This document shows positions 38,001 through 53,400 of a stretch of DNA of 64,000 nucleotides, one piece after another; positions within the stretch are counted from its first letter, which is position 1, and every line of letters starts with the position of its first letter. Origin of the DNA: Blepharisma stoltei ATCC 30299. Lineage: Eukaryota > Protista > Ciliophora. A program made the position numbers and the translations under genes. Under the pieces are notes generated by a model. That model searched no databases. It saw nothing but the letters and a program-made list of their open reading frames with translations, and had not been told where the DNA came from. The DNA is taken from contig CBFDEM010000021.1 of NCBI GenBank assembly GCA_965603825.1, positions 868,001-932,000 on the forward strand. The letters run 5' to 3'.

Positions 38001-38537
38001 TGTAGGCCGCTTTGGCAAGAATTGCAGCTGCTTTTGCATGTAAAAGCAGTTCCTCTTTTCTTAATGGTCAAGACGATTATCCAGGTGGCTTTAATAGTGA
38101 TGAATAAGACAGTAAAAAGAGCACAAGATATTACTCATGGGGTGTTGTTTATCGCTGTGATGATTATTTACATTGTTTTTCTTTATAAATTCAAGCCTTA
38201 TAATTACTCAAGGTTCAATTTATGGCAAAATTTGAGTTTAATTGGGGTAGTCTGGCTTGCAATATTATCCACAGTTGCATTGGGTACAAAAGGAAACTCT
38301 GTGATCTTGACTATATTTTTATTTGTTGGATGGCTTATTATTGGCCTTATCGGGCTGTATATACAAAGAAAAAGGTGCCCAAGTTTACTTTTTAGAAAGA
38401 AAGGCCATGATACAGCAAGCCTGTTTAAATTTGCTTTTACTTTTGGTAAGAGTTCACGAAAAGCTTTGAATCGGATAGCTCCTTCTAGTGGCTCACTAGA
38501 ATCTCAAAACAAAAATAAAAAACTTAATAGCAGATAA
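35100..38537 (+). CDS. Receptor R2: double Venus-flytrap + ~9-TM, 1145 aa
   Basis: Continuous frame with TGA=Trp from ATG 35100; signal-peptide-like N-terminus; colinear with R1. Confidence 0.9.
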
Positions 38538-38608
38538 TTTTTTATATATACTAAGACTTTTTTTAATTCTTTTTTAATTGATATAATTGCAAATGGTATT
38601 ATAAAAAC

Positions 38609-41600
38609 ATGCTAAGAATGTGGTTTATTTTACTTCGAAGACTTTTTTTAAAGCTCTTTTTAGTCGCATTGCTCCTAAACCTTTCGCTTTCTCTAGAAAT
38701 TATTTTAATCCAAAGTAATGAAAATTTCAAAGGCAATTTGTGAAATGAAGAGACTTTGATTAATTATTTAGTAGATGCCAGTCCTCAAATAGACTGACAT
38801 ATTTGCCCATACATTTCAGCAGCTAAATGTATAGAATTTTATCAAGACTCCTACATTTTAATTGATCTATCGCAAGACCTAACCACCCAAGCTGAAATAT
38901 CTGAGCTTTGTAGGGAATATAAAAAAGTTCATCTAGTAGCTCAAGACGAGTTTAAATACCACAATGACTTGACTTTTTCTGTCATTTCGTCTAAAAAAGC
39001 CAAATTTAGTGCATTTTTTACTTTACTGAACTTTTATAACTGAAGTAAAGGGACAATTTTTACAAATTGGTACAACCAGGAAATGTTTTTGAATTTCACC
39101 GAAAGCTTTAATTTATTAACAATTGAATCAATGATTGATATGGAAAATTTAATCATGAGAGTTGTGCCACCGTTAGGATCAACTCTTTATTATATTTTTA
39201 CTCAGAATAATGAATCGATTTCTATACAAACTTATTTAATAGAGGCAAATCTATTAACAGAAGGGAATGGAATTATTTTAAATCAGAAAAGCGGCTACAG
39301 GTGTAAAATAGAAGGAGCCTTGATAGTAACTGATATGGGTAACGAGTACGCTGACTCTGAAGAAAAATACCTGGGCTCTTCTATTTTAACTTTTCTCAAG
39401 GAAATCGAAAACTCTGAAAATTTTCTCGATGTGGTAAATATATTAGAAAAAGAACATAATTCTCATTATGGGCAAAATAAATTTTCTATTATCAATATAC
39501 AAGGTGGGGAAAGGGTTATAATTGGATCGATTATTGAAGGAGTGGCTTTTATGCCAAATAACCCAATTTTCCCAGGAAATACTACGTCTATTCCAAAATC
39601 ACACAAAAAAATCCTAGATATCAGCATTGAAGCAGGATCTACAAACCCGAATTATTCACCCTCAACTGTCGGCCCTCTTGCAGCTAGAGGTTCATATTTA
39701 GCTGTCAGCTATATAAATGCGGGTACCTCAGGAATATTATCAAATTTTCAAATTAATATGTTTAATTATGACTGTGGTGCTAGTGTTTATAATGCAACAT
39801 TTTCCAAAGCTTGTTTTCAAAAGGATTTTGATAGTTTTGGCTTAGCTCACATAGTATCATATGCATCCTCAATGGCTCTCGGCACTGTAAAACTATTCAA
39901 GTCACTAAATTGGAATTTTCCTCTTTTAGGTATTAATTCAGATCCTTCATTTAATTCCTCCACATTATATCCATGGTATCAAAGGGTTTGGCCTTCATCA
40001 TCATTTACACTTCCCTTGATCCCTGTCTTATTACGATCTCTTGGCTGACAAAAAGCAGCAATTCTATACCAAAACGACAGCTGAGGCCAAAATGGCTACT
40101 ATTTTTTAAACCTAGGCGCAAATACCCATAATTTGATTTTAGTGAATCCTGACAATACCAGAGCAATTCCTATAGGACTTGACAGAAATACCATAAAAAA
40201 TCATTCAGATATCCTACAAGGCGTAATAGACTCAAATGCAAGGCTTGTTATTCTTCTAGTCCAAGTCCCATTAGTACAGTATGTAATAGAAGCTTTTTAT
40301 GATTTAGGCCTAAGGAGAGGCGATATACTTATCTTTGTTTCTGTCCCCGATATTCTGTCCAATATTTTGACGACTGATGACTACCTTTATAAAAGGCTGG
40401 AAATCGGAGTCCCTATGATGACTTTTTTTGGGCAGCAATGAGTCGGAAAACTTGGCGAGGGCGCATATTCAAAAATTTTGCAATTATATAATAACACTGC
40501 GCCCAGTTCTTTTGCGTGCCATTATTTTGATATAATTTATTTAATAGGCCATGCTCTTGATTTTATGATTAACCGTGGGCAAGATTATACAAATCCTTAT
40601 AAACTGGAAAGTGTAATAAGAAACACACAGTTTATAGGCTGTTCTGGAAGCGTGATTATAGAAAAAGGCAGCAATGACAGATTTGTGTCAGTTTTAAGCG
40701 TCCAAGCAGATAAATTTGATATAAATGGAAATGTTGTCAAGTATTTTATAGGAGAATTAAAGCCTTATAGCACTCAGATGTTACAAATCTCTACCCCACT
40801 TATTTATCCTGATGGGACTACCATAAAACCTGCAGATTTACGAAACCAAAACACTGACTGCCCTTTTCCTGATAGCGAGATAAAAACCTTTGTGAAAGGA
40901 AAAATTTTGGTCTTTTGCATTTGTTTTGCTATTACTCTTATATCAATTATAATTACTTTTATTATATGAAAAAGGTGATGGAAATTTTCAATTGAGGAGC
41001 TCAAAGAAAAACAAGAAATTTCTTTCCAAGACGCCGTAGTCGCTGCGACGATCGCTATCGAATTTTTCCAATTTGCTTCGATGGGGCCTAATATGTCATA
41101 TTTAAGCTCGGCTTTAGGAAATTTCAGCAACTCTTTAACTTTGGAAATGACAAATATCATAAAACTCAGGAACGGGATGTTTTGGATCATTGTTGATGCA
41201 GTTTATGGATTGATAGTTCTATGACTTTCTATGTGTGGAGTAATTCTTCTTCGCTTGGATGAAAAATATTTGCATTTTACGCTGTTCAGGTTTATAGCTT
41301 GGCTTGCTGACTATATGATGCCGATTTTAGGAAATTTGTGCTTCATTCCGTTTATTTCGATTTGTCTTGATATTTTTGTATGTGATCAATCTATTGGAGA
41401 TAATTTCACTGATAGTTTTTTATCGTATGACTGCTATTATTTTTGCTGAAAAGGAGAACATTTAGCATATGCAATTTTGTCATTTTTCGCTTTATTGTGC
41501 TATGAGCCACTTGCAGTGTTCTGCAGGCCTCTTTGGCAGGAGTTCCAATCTTTACTACATGTAAAAGCAGCCCCTCTGTTTTTGATGGTAAAAACAATTA

Positions 41601-42040
41601 TTCAGGTGGCTTTAATAGTGATGAATAAGACAGTAAAAAGAGCCCAAGATATTACTCATGGAGCTTTATTTGTTTTGGTAATGATCATTTATATTGCTTT
41701 TCTATTTAAGTTCAAGCCTTATAACTATTCAAGATTCAATTTATGACAAAACTTAAGCTTAATCGGAGTGGTGTGACTAGCAATATTGTCAACAATCGCA
41801 CTAGGCGCTAAGGGAAACTCTGCAATATTAACAGTATTATTATGTGCTGGATGGGCCATGATTGGAATATCCGGGCTTTATATTCAAAAGAAGAAATGCC
41901 CAAGCTTACTTTTCAGAAAGAAAGGCAATGACACAACAAATCTATTTAAATTTGCCTTTACCTTTGGAAGAAGTTCACGCAAAGCTTTGACTAGAATAGC
42001 GCCTTCAAGTGCCTCATCAGAGCTTCAGCACAATAAATAA
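38609..42040 (+). CDS. Receptor R3: double Venus-flytrap + ~9-TM, 1143 aa
   Basis: Continuous frame with TGA=Trp from ATG 38609 (alternative ATG 38618); closest to R2. Confidence 0.9.
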
Positions 42041-42113
42041 ATTATAAATAGTAAAATAATGATATATTTTTATTATCTGAAGAAAAATGAGACAATTAAT
42101 TATTTATAATAAG

Positions 42114-45100
42114 CTAGTCAGCACTTTTGATCTCAGTCGGCATTATTTTTTTCGAAAATGCGCCTTTTCCAAAAGTAAAGGCAAACTTAAATAAAGTAGA
42201 TGTATCTTTGCCCCTCTTTCTAAATAATAAGCTAGGATATTTTTTCTTTTGAACATATAATCCAATAGCAACAATGATAAGCCACCCACCTATTAAAACG
42301 ACAAGCAAAGGAACAAAATTATCTTTTATCCCAATAGCAATTGTAGATAACAAAGCCAGCCACACAACTCCAATCAAGCTTAATTCTTCCCATCAGCTAA
42401 ATCTTGGATAATTATATGGCTTAAATTTAAATGTAAAAATAATATAAATAATCATCACAATGACAAATAAAACTCCGTGTACAATGCTTTGAGATCTTTT
42501 TATTGTTTTATTCATCACAATTAAAGTAATCTGAAGAACACTTTTTACCATCAAATATAGTGGAGTTGTTTTCACGTGAAGCATGTGCTGTAATTCTTGC
42601 CAAAGAGGCCTGCAAAATATTGCTAACGGGACATATAAAAGTAATGCAAGAAATGAACCTATTGCATATCCTAAATGCTCGTTTTTCCAACAAAAATAAT
42701 AGCAATCCCTTGCAAGAAAGCTATCAGTAAAATTATCTCCAATTGACTGGTCACATAAGAAAATATCAAGGCAAATTGAAATAAACGGAATAAAGCACAA
42801 ATTCCCTAAAATAGGCATAAGATAGTCAGCAAGCCATGACAAAAACCTAAAAACAGAAAAAACCCTCCACTTCTCGTCCAACCTTAGCAAAACAACAGCA
42901 CAAAGAAGTGCCCATACCCCGACCCCTCCAAAAACAATATCTACAATAATCCAAAAAGTCCCTTTATCGAAATTCAAAATATCCCATAGACTTAATGATA
43001 AAGCATCAGAAATTTTTGCAATAGCAGAGCTCATAATATCGAAGTCAGGCCCCATAGCAGTATATTGGAAAAACTCTATAATAATAGAAGCCGCTACTAT
43101 TGTGTCCTCTATAGAAATTTCTTCTTTTTGTTTTAGCTCTTCAATTGAGATATTTCATCATTTTTTCCATATTATCACTGTAATACCAAGAGAAATTGCT
43201 GCAACTGCAAAGCAAATTCCGAATAGCAGCCCTCTTCCTTTATCAAAAGTTTTTATTTCTTTATCAGGGAATGGGCATTTGCTGTTTTCATTCCTTAAAT
43301 CGCTTGGCTTATTGGTAGTTCCATCAGGATAAACAATAGGATTTGTGATACTTAAAATTTGCGAAGAAAACGGCTTTAATTTACCTATAAATTTTGTGGT
43401 AATTTTACTAGATAAATCGACCTCACTGACCTCAATATCTCACCCATCAACAATCCTGTCATTCGTCCCTTTTTCTATTGTCACCCTTCCTGTGCATCCT
43501 TGAAACTGCTGATTCCTTATGACTGCTTCTAGCTTTTTAACGTCAGTGTAATCCTGCCCTCTATTTATCATATAGTCCAAAGCATGAGCCAAAAGATAAA
43601 CTCCATCATAATAAGGGCAAGTAAAGGCATTTGTAGGCTCTTTATAGATTTCCATGACCTTTGCTTTGGCTTTTCCCCCAATTTCCCCTACCCAATTCTG
43701 TTGTATCATTCTAAACATCGGAACTCCAACTTCTAGTCTTTTATATAGAAAAGTGTCATTAGTCCCAATAATGGTCAGCATATCCAAATAAGTCGCGAAA
43801 ATTAGCATATCGCCTTTTCTCATGCCTAAGTCATATAAAATTTCTAGCACAAAATTGCACATAGGAGACTGTACCGTTACTATCAATAATCTTGCTTGGG
43901 AATCTATGATTTTTTGAAAAACATTGGTGTAGTTTTTTATAGTGGTTCTGTCAAGATTTGCAGGAATGTACCAGGTGCTTTCTGGGTTCATTATTTCTAA
44001 GCCTTGACTTGCGATAGCTGGGTTTAAATACCAAGACCTTGAAATTGCCCATAAATCGTTTTGGTATAAAATCGCGATTTTTTTCCATCCCATAACTTTG
44101 ATTAAAACTGAGAGTAATGATGAAGCATAAGCTGTGGAAAAACCGACTCGGGTGTACATAGGATAGGTTTGGGTCACATTTAAAGAAGCATCAGAATTGG
44201 TGCACCCCACAACAGGAAAAGACACATTAAGGGATTTAAAAGTCTGCAATGCCCCAACAGCTATACTTGAGCCATATGATGAAATATGACCTAAGCCGAA
44301 TTTATCAATGTCTTTTAAAAAGCAGCTATAAGCAAATTTCGCGTTATAGACGGTAGCTCCACAGTCATAATTAAAAAACGCAAGCTGGAAATTCGATAAA
44401 ATGCTGCGGCCTTCATTTATTTCGTCTCTTGATATCCATGCACCTCTGGCGCCGATTACTCCACTTGTGGCTGGCAGTGCATTCGGGTTTGTGGGCCCAG
44501 CATTTATGCTTAAATTCAAAATTTTTTTGGTCGATTTTGGAATTGTGCTTGACTTTTCAGGAAAAGTCAAATTATTTAAAATAAAAACGTTGTTATTTAT
44601 AATCTCTCCAACAATGATTCTTTTGCCATTCTGGATGTTGACTAAAGAAAATTTGTTTTTGCCAGGATCATTTTTAAGCACTGTGAGGAGATCTTCAGTA
44701 GTTTCCTTTGAAATATGGCTTAAAATGTAAGAAATGACATTTATAATAGAATTTTTAAAATATTCTTCAGGAGAACCAACAAATTCTTGCCCATAGTCAG
44801 TAATAATTAAGGCTCCATCTGTATGGCACTGATGCCCACTTTCTTGGTTTAGAATGATTCCATTACCGACTGATAATAGTTTTGCTTGTTTTAAGTGCTT
44901 TTGGATCTCAAGTGACTCTGAGGTATGAGAAAATACACAATACACTGTAGCTCCTTCTCGAAAAACGACTTTATTTACAAGTTCTTCAATGCTTGATTTT
45001 TCCTCAACTGCTAAAAACTTAAATTTACTTGAAAAATTTTCAACATTTCCTTTAAAATCATAATTCTCTTGATTATAAAACGCAATCCCTTGCGTCCAAT

Positions 45101-45527
45101 CCAAATAGCCTAGAGCTGCTAAAAACGCATTTATTTGGTCAGTTTTTGATGATGCTAGGGAAAAAGTCCAGTCGTCAGAAAATTTCAAACTGCTTTCTAG
45201 GACTAGGTGAATTATGAAGCTACTGCTGCATAATTGGGAAATTTTGTTTTGGGTGTCTAAATTGCTGGATAAATCAAGGAGAATTAATGAGCCAGGAAAA
45301 TTGTCTATACACTCAGCAATGACTGAAATTTCGCATCTGTGCCAGTCAATTGAGGAATTTAGCGATTGAGTCACTTCAAGAATAGAGGTTTCATTTCACT
45401 TGCCAGAATTTGAATAATTACTATCTGTATAGGCAACTATAATTTCTAATGAAATTGATAATTGTGATATTGCAAATAATAACAGAAGTTTTCTGAAATA
45501 ACGCTGAAGAACGCCTGAAGCTGTCAT
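42114..45527 (-). CDS. Receptor R4: double Venus-flytrap + ~9-TM, 1137 aa
   Basis: Continuous frame with TGA=Trp from ATG 45527; ends TAG. Confidence 0.9.
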
Positions 45528-46504
45528 ATTAAAATTATGTTATTAATATTAAAAAAAAATTATGTTTTAAGAAAATTTACTTAAAATCGGACTGATAAGC
45601 TTTCAGATTCAGTGAGGCTTTCTAATTAGATGATAGCAGCATTGCTTAGCAGCACATAAAAAAGTTTTATGAAGAAATACCCATGAAAATACAAACTGGA
45701 GTTAAATATTGACTTGCAGCTTATTTACCATGAAGAAGAAAGAGATTGATAAATATTTAAAATAAGTAATAAGATAAGATTTCAAAGAAATAATTTTTTG
45801 CCCTCATACTATCACTTAATAACTATTATTTGAAGCTATCTACTGATCTGTAGTAATATTTTTCTAGCTTGTCTAATTAAAGTGAATGTTGACCATATCA
45901 ACTCTTTTTGAAAATTTCAAAAGTTGTCTGCTGAGCTGAACATTTTCCAAGCGGAAAACTTCCGATTATGCAAGAGGATATTATAAAAATTGAGAGAGAA
46001 AGAGGCTAAAATAATCGCTTTAAAATCAAGCTGCTTTAATAGACCTTATATAAAACATGCATGAAATTAAAAATTAAATATTGGCACTAAAAACAAATAA
46101 TTAGCTATGAATTTTTACATGATATCACTGGCATTTTATATAATTGTATTTATTTTTAAATTAAAATAATTTTAAATTGAAAAGAAATATTATTATTATT
46201 ATTATAAATTTTTATAAAAATGGTTTAAATATTTCTAATAATTCTTATTAATAATGGAATCGTTTATAGCTTTCCTGATTAAGTCAAATGCAATCGCATA
46301 AATAATGGGCTGTTTTTTATCTTTATCTTTATGTATTAGCCTATGTGCGTAAGACAGGTTTGATAATTAATTTATGCTTTTTCTTTAATAAATTTTAAAA
46401 GTAATATTTTAAAGTAAAATTTATTTAGGTGAACACTAATTTTTATTTAAATGGTGCTTTGTCTAAAAATAAAGATTACAATAAAACTAAAAAATTATAA
46501 TTTA

Positions 46505-49500
46505 TTAAGTAATTTTTTGTTCTTTTGGGAATATTTTTCCCTTTGAAAATCCAACACTTTTTCCAAAAGAAAAAGCAAATTTAAACAAAGTTGATGTATC
46601 TTTGGTACTTTTTCTAAATAGCAGACTGGGATATTTTTTCTTTTGAATATAGAGTCCAACAATGGCAATAATAAACCAGCCAAAAATCAAAACTACTAAA
46701 AGCGGAATGAAATCATCCTGGATCCCTATAGCAATCGTAGATATAAAAGCTAGCCATTCAACACCAATTAGGCTTAAACCTTGCCATCAGCTAAATCTTG
46801 GATAATTGTAGGGCTTAAATTTAAAAGTAAATATAATATAAACCAGCAGGACTATTATAAACAAAACACTATGGGCTATTTCTTGAGATCGTTTTATAGT
46901 TTTATTCATCACAATTAATGAAATCTGAAAAATACTTTTTACCATCAAATATAAGGGAACGACTTTGACATGAAGCATTAGCTGCAATTCTTGCCAGAGC
47001 GGCCTACAAAATATAGCCAAAGGCACATATAAAATCAACGCCAAACAAGACAGTATTGCATATACCAGATGCTCATCTTTTCAGCAAAAATAGTGGCAAT
47101 CTCTTGCAAGAAAGCTGTCTGTAAAATCGTCACCAACAGATTGATCACATAAATACACATCTAGGCAAATCGATATAAAAGGAATAAAGCACAAATTCCC
47201 TAAAATCGGCATGAGATAGTCAGCAAGTCATGATAAAAATTTAAAAATAGAAATAAACTGCCATTTTTCATCAAGCCTTAACAAAACAACAGCACATAGA
47301 ACAGCTCAGAGCCCAATCCCTCCAAAAACAATTTCCACAACCACCCAAAATACCCCATTTTCCATCTTTAAAATATCATCTAAATTCAGTGACAAAGAAT
47401 TAGCAAATTTCGAAACTATTGAAGAAAAAATTGAAGTTTCAGGCCCCATCGACGTATATTGGAAAAATTCAACGATTATTGATATTCCCACGATTAAATC
47501 TGGGACTGAAATTTCTTCTTTTTTCTTCAGCTCGTCGACTGATATATTTCATCATTTTTTCCATATTAAAACAGTAATTCCAAATGTAACCAAGGCAACC
47601 AAAAAGCAAATCCCAAAAAGCAGTCCTCTCCCTTTAGGAAAAGTCCTTATGTCCTTATCAGGGAATGGGCATTTATTATTTTCATTTCTTAGGTCGCTAG
47701 GTTTAATAGTAGTTCCATCAGGATAAATGATGGGGTTTGTGATACTTAAAATTTGTGAGGAAAAAGGCTTTAATTTCCCGATAAACTGAGTTATAACATT
47801 TCCTGCGTCGTCGAACTGGTTTATTTCGATGTCTCAGACGTCAACAATTCTATCATTAGTCCCTTTCTCAATTGTCACTTTTCCTGTGCAGCCTTGAAAT
47901 TGCTGGTTTCTAATAGCTGCTTCTAGCTTATAAGGGTCAGTGTAATCTTGCCCTCTATTTATCATATAATCCAAAGCATGAGCTATTATATATATTCCAT
48001 CATAATAAGGACAAGTATAGGAATTTGTAGGCTCTTTATACATAGATGTGATTTTTTCTTTAATATTCGCTCCTTTTTTGCCTACTCAATTTTGTGGAAG
48101 CATCCTAAAAGTAGGGATTCCGACTGCAATCCTTTTTCATGCATAAATATCGTCCTTTCCAGCAGCAGTTAACTGATCCAAATAAGTCGCAAAAAAAAAT
48201 AAATCACCTTTTCTAATGCCAAGATCATAAAAAAACTCCATTAAAAAGTTATACATAGGATACTGCATAGTCAAAACCAACAGCCTAGCTTGGGAGTCAA
48301 CAATCCTTTGGATCGTGCTTGCATAATTTTTTAAGCCTTCTCTGTCAAGGCCTGCAGGAATATACCAGGTGCTTTCTGGGTTCACGATTTCTAGTCCTTG
48401 TTTATCTATAGCTGGATTTAAATATCAAGACCTTCCGATCGCCCAAGAATCATTTTGATATAAAATCGCAATTTTTTTATATCCCATAACTTTGATCAAA
48501 ACTGAAAGCAATGAATAAGCATACGCAATGGAGTAGCCCACCCTTGTAAACATAGGAAAATTTGCAGTGGAATTCAATGAAGCGTCTGTATTGGAGCATC
48601 CAACTATTGGGAATGTTACATTGAGCAGCTTAAATGTCTGCATTGCTCCAATAGCTACATTGGAAGCATATGATGACACATGGCCAAAGCCGAATTTATC
48701 AATGTCGTTGAGAAAACAGCTATAAGCAAATTTTGCATTATAAACGGTAGCACCACAGTCGTAGCTAAATAGCTCTATATGAAAATTAGGCAAAATAGTG
48801 TGGCCATCATTTATTTCATCTTTTGCAAAATAAGTCCCTCTAGCTGCAATTACACCCCCTGTTGCTGGCAATGCATAAGGATTTGTAGGGCCTGCGTTTA
48901 TGCTCAAATTCAAAATTTTTTTGGTAGATTTTGGAATAGTATTTGAGGGCCCGGGAAAAGTCAGATTATTTGTTATGAGGATATTATTATTTACAATTGA
49001 CCCAACGACTACTCTGTTTCCGTTCTGAATATTAACCAAAGAAAACTTGTTTTTGTTAGGACTATTTCGGAAGCCCTGCATAAGGATTTGAATATCTCAG
49101 GCGGTTTCATTTGAAGTTTGGTTTATAATGAAAGAAACCGCACTTATGATGGAGTCTTTAAAATATTCGTCAGAAGAAATCGCAAATTCGTGTGCGAAGT
49201 CAGTGATTATTAAAGCGCCATCAGTTTCACACTGATAGCTGCTTTCTTGATCAAGAATAATCCCATTGCCAGCTGTTAGAAGTTTGGATTTTTTTAAGTT
49301 TTTTTGGATTTCTAATGACTCTTCTCAGTTTGTAAAGATACAATATACAGTTGCGCCTTCTCGAAAAGCGACTTTATTGATAAGCCCTTCAATACTTGAT
49401 TTTTCTTCAACAGCCAAAAAATTAAAGTCATATGAAAAATCTTTTATGGCTTCTTTTACATCATAATTTGCTTTATTGTTAAAAGCGATCCCTTGGGTCC

Positions 49501-49915
49501 AATTTAGGGATCTCAGTACAGACAATACAGCATTTATCTGCTGAGTTTTGGAAGATCCAAGCGCAAAAGTTCACTTATTTTCAAATTTCACGTTGTTTTG
49601 GAGAACTAAATGAATCAAAATCCGACTTTGGCATAAATGGGAAATTGAGCTTTGTGTCGCTATATCATTTGATAAATCTACAAGAATTCTCGCAGTGGGA
49701 AAATAGTCAGTGCAGCGAGGAAGATTTGAGATGCTGCATTTGTGCCAGTCCACAGAGCCACTTAACGATTGAGTTATGCTTAGAATAAAGTTTTCATCTG
49801 GATAAAGGCTCTCATCATAGGCAATTATAACTTCTAATGGAGAGGATAAATGCAAAAAAGTGAATAATGTCAAGATTTTCCAAAAAACGTGTGATCGGAT
49901 ATGTGGAATTATCAT
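46505..49915 (-). CDS. Receptor R5: double Venus-flytrap + ~9-TM, 1136 aa
   Basis: Eight ORF-track pieces are all in phase and separated by TGA codons. Confidence 0.9.
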
Positions 49916-50443
49916 ATTGGTTTAATTCTTAAAAATAATTGCAAATAAAGATTTTAAATATTAAAGCAAAAATAACTTTTAAAGATGCAATTTTGGCTTT
50001 AGATTATTGTGGCTCTTATTTTAGGTAATTGTATGTAGGACAATAAAGTATGAGAAAATTTGAGCAAGGAAAGGATTTATACTTATTATCATTATATACT
50101 TTGTAGCTTGATTATTTTTAATTTGCAATAATATATGAATCAGATAAATATGTATCATCGCGTCTTCATGGTTATGGCATGCTTATCATTAGCTTTCTCT
50201 TCAACTAGCAAATTTCTTTATCATTTAATGAAGAAATTTTAAATAAACTTTACATTTTTAAGTCTTAAGATCGATTTATTGTAAAAACCATACAATTATT
50301 GGGGAGATATTTCCTAATTATTGTTTAGTATATCATTAACAAATAATAAATGCACCTTTTTGAATTAAAGATATTTAAAAATATAGCCATTAGTATTTAA
50401 AGATATCTATATAGGCTAAATATATTAGGATACTTTATATTAC

Positions 50444-53400
50444 TTAATCATCTATCAAATAAATACTGCTTTTTAGGCTAAAGTTAAACGCGAAACTAAA
50501 TAAAGCAGACTCATTTCTTGGCTTCTTTTTATAAAGCAAGCTTGGGTATTTTTTCTTTTGTATCAAAATGCCAACCAAGCCAATCATAGCCCACCCTACA
50601 ATCAAAATTGTTATATAAACTATCGAGTTCCCACCAGCTGATAATAAAATAACTGATAATAAGGCTAACCATATCACTACAATCAAACTAAGTGCTTGCC
50701 AGAAGTTAAATCTCCCATAATTAAAAGCATTGTATTTTAAAATATACCACACATATGCAGTCATTATAACTATAAAAACAATTCCATGCGATATATCGCT
50801 AGCTCTCTTAAGTGTTTTATTTAGAGTAATTAGCATCATTTGCACGATAGACTTAACCATAAGATAAATTGGCAATGCTTTTACGTGGAGGTTTAGCTGC
50901 AGCTCTTGCCAAACCGGTCTAAAAAAGACAGCTAGCGGCTGGTATAAAAGCAAAGCTACAATAGAAAGGAGCGCGTATATTAGATGTTCGTCTTTTCAGC
51001 AGAAATAATAGCAGTCTTTCGCAAGAAAACTGTCGGTGAAGTCGTCTCCTATAGACTGATCACACTGAAACATTTCAAGACAAATTGATATAAAAGGAAT
51101 AAAGCATAAATTGCCCAAAATTGGTATTAAATATTCTGATAATATACCTAAGTTCCTGAATATCCAAATATTATCATATATTTCATGGAGCCTCAGCAGA
51201 ACCACAGTACAGAGAATGACTCATAGCCCAATAGAGCCTAATACAATATCTGCAATTATCCAAAAAAATCCATTTTTAAACTCTATAAAATCATTCAAGT
51301 CAAAAGATATTGCTTGGCTGAGCTGAGATAATAGAGAGATTAAAGCCTGGAAATCAGGTCCCATAGAAGCAAATTGAAAAGCTTCAATAACGATAGTGGC
51401 AGCTACTATGAAATCTTGCAAAGAAACTTCTTGGCGCTCCACAAGATCATTTATTCTCTCATTCCACCATTTTTTCCTTATCAAAAATGTGATTATCCCA
51501 GCAATTAAGGCCATAGTAAAGCATATCCCGAAAAGCAAGATTCTTCCTTTTGCGAAGGTCTGGATTTTGTTTTCTGGAAATGGGCATTTACCGTCAGTCA
51601 CTCTTAAATCAGGAGGCTTAATAGTTGTACCGTCTGGATAAATCAATGGTTTTTCAAAATAAAGCAGCTGTGTGCTAAATGGCTTTAAAGTTCCAACTAA
51701 AGAAATATTTGCAGTCCCTTGTGCTTGGTTCACGTTGGCAACTTCAAATTGGTATAAATCAAAAATCCTATCATTACTATTCTGTTCTATTTGAACATAT
51801 CCAGTGCAGCTTGCAAATCTTTGAACCCTGAGCGCTTGCATTAGTTTATAAGGATTCGTATAATCTTGTCCTCTGTTTATCATGAAATCAAGGGCATTTG
51901 CTACAAGATAAGCACCGTCATAGTAATTGCACCCAAAAGTATTTGGTGCTATATTATACATCGCCCAAATTCGTTTTAAAGCATCTTGGCCTATATCTCC
52001 CAGTCAGCTTGGTGTTATGAGGCGAATCATGGAGTGTCCGATTTCCAATCTTTTTTGCAAAGAAGTATCATTAATTGAAATATATGTTAAGGGATCAGGA
52101 GTCACTGTAAAAATAATTATATCCCCTTTTCTCATTCCTAAATCGTAAAAGGTTTCTAATGCATAGTTGCACATTGGGCATTGAAAAACCATAATAAAAA
52201 GCCTTGCCTGAGAATCAATAACCCCTTGGAATGCATCTGTATGATTTTTTATGGAGTTTCTGTCTAAGCTAGGAGGGATCGCCCTCAGCTTTTCTGAATT
52301 GATAATTTCCAAGCCTACGCTTTTAGCAGTATTTTGTGTAATGGAATAACTAGCTATCCCCCATGAGCTGTTTTCATATAAAATTGCTGCCTTTTTTCAC
52401 CCAAGTGCTTTGACGAGCACTATATTTTCGATATAAGTCACTGAAGAGATAGTTCTGACATACATAGGATAATTTTGGGAGGATTTTAGGCTTATATCAC
52501 CATTGGTGCTTCCAATGCAAGGGAGACTTATGTTTAGTTGTGCAAAAGTTTTCATTGTGCCTATCGCCATTCCAGATCCATATGAATTCAGATGTGCCAA
52601 GCCTAATTTATCAATGTCGTGGCTGAAGCAAGATTTTGCAAAGGCTGCATTGAATATAGTGACCCCACAGTCGAAGTTAAATAGCTCTGTATGAAAATTT
52701 GGCAAAATATCGTTACCTTCGTTGATTCTTTTCAAGCATGCGTAAGCTCCCATTGATCCTAATTTTTGTGTCATACTTGGTTGGGCGCCTGGGTTTGTTG
52801 TTCCAGCGTTGATACTTAAATGCAAAACTTTTTTAGCTGACTTTGGGGTAGAATATGCATTGCCTGGAAATGTAATATTATTAAAAATAATGACTCCATC
52901 ATGAGTAATGGATCCCACAATTTTTCTTTTGCCTTTTTGAATATTAACAATCGAAAAGTTACGCTTATTATTAGGAGTTGACATGCTTGAGTCAAGTAGA
53001 ATCCTGATTTCATCATACGTTCCTCTTGATGTAGTATTTGATATGAAACCAATAGTATTTATAATAGAATGTTGAACATATTCTTCAAATGATAAGTCGT
53101 TCTCATAGCCCATCTCAGTAATAATTAAAGCGCCTTCAAGCTCACATCCATAGCCACTTTCTTGGTTCAATATAATTCCATTACCAGCTATCAAAAGTTT
53201 TGCACTCTGCAACGATTTTTGTAAAAAAAGCGACTCTGAAGGCTCCAAAAGTACATAATAAAGCGTCGCACCCAATCTTGAGACCTCTCTGTTGACTAAA
53301 TCATCAAAACTTGTCATTGTTTCTACAGATAAAATTTTAAACTCAGCTGAAAAACTAAGAAAATGTTTTTTGGCTTCCAAATATTTTTGATTAATAAAAG

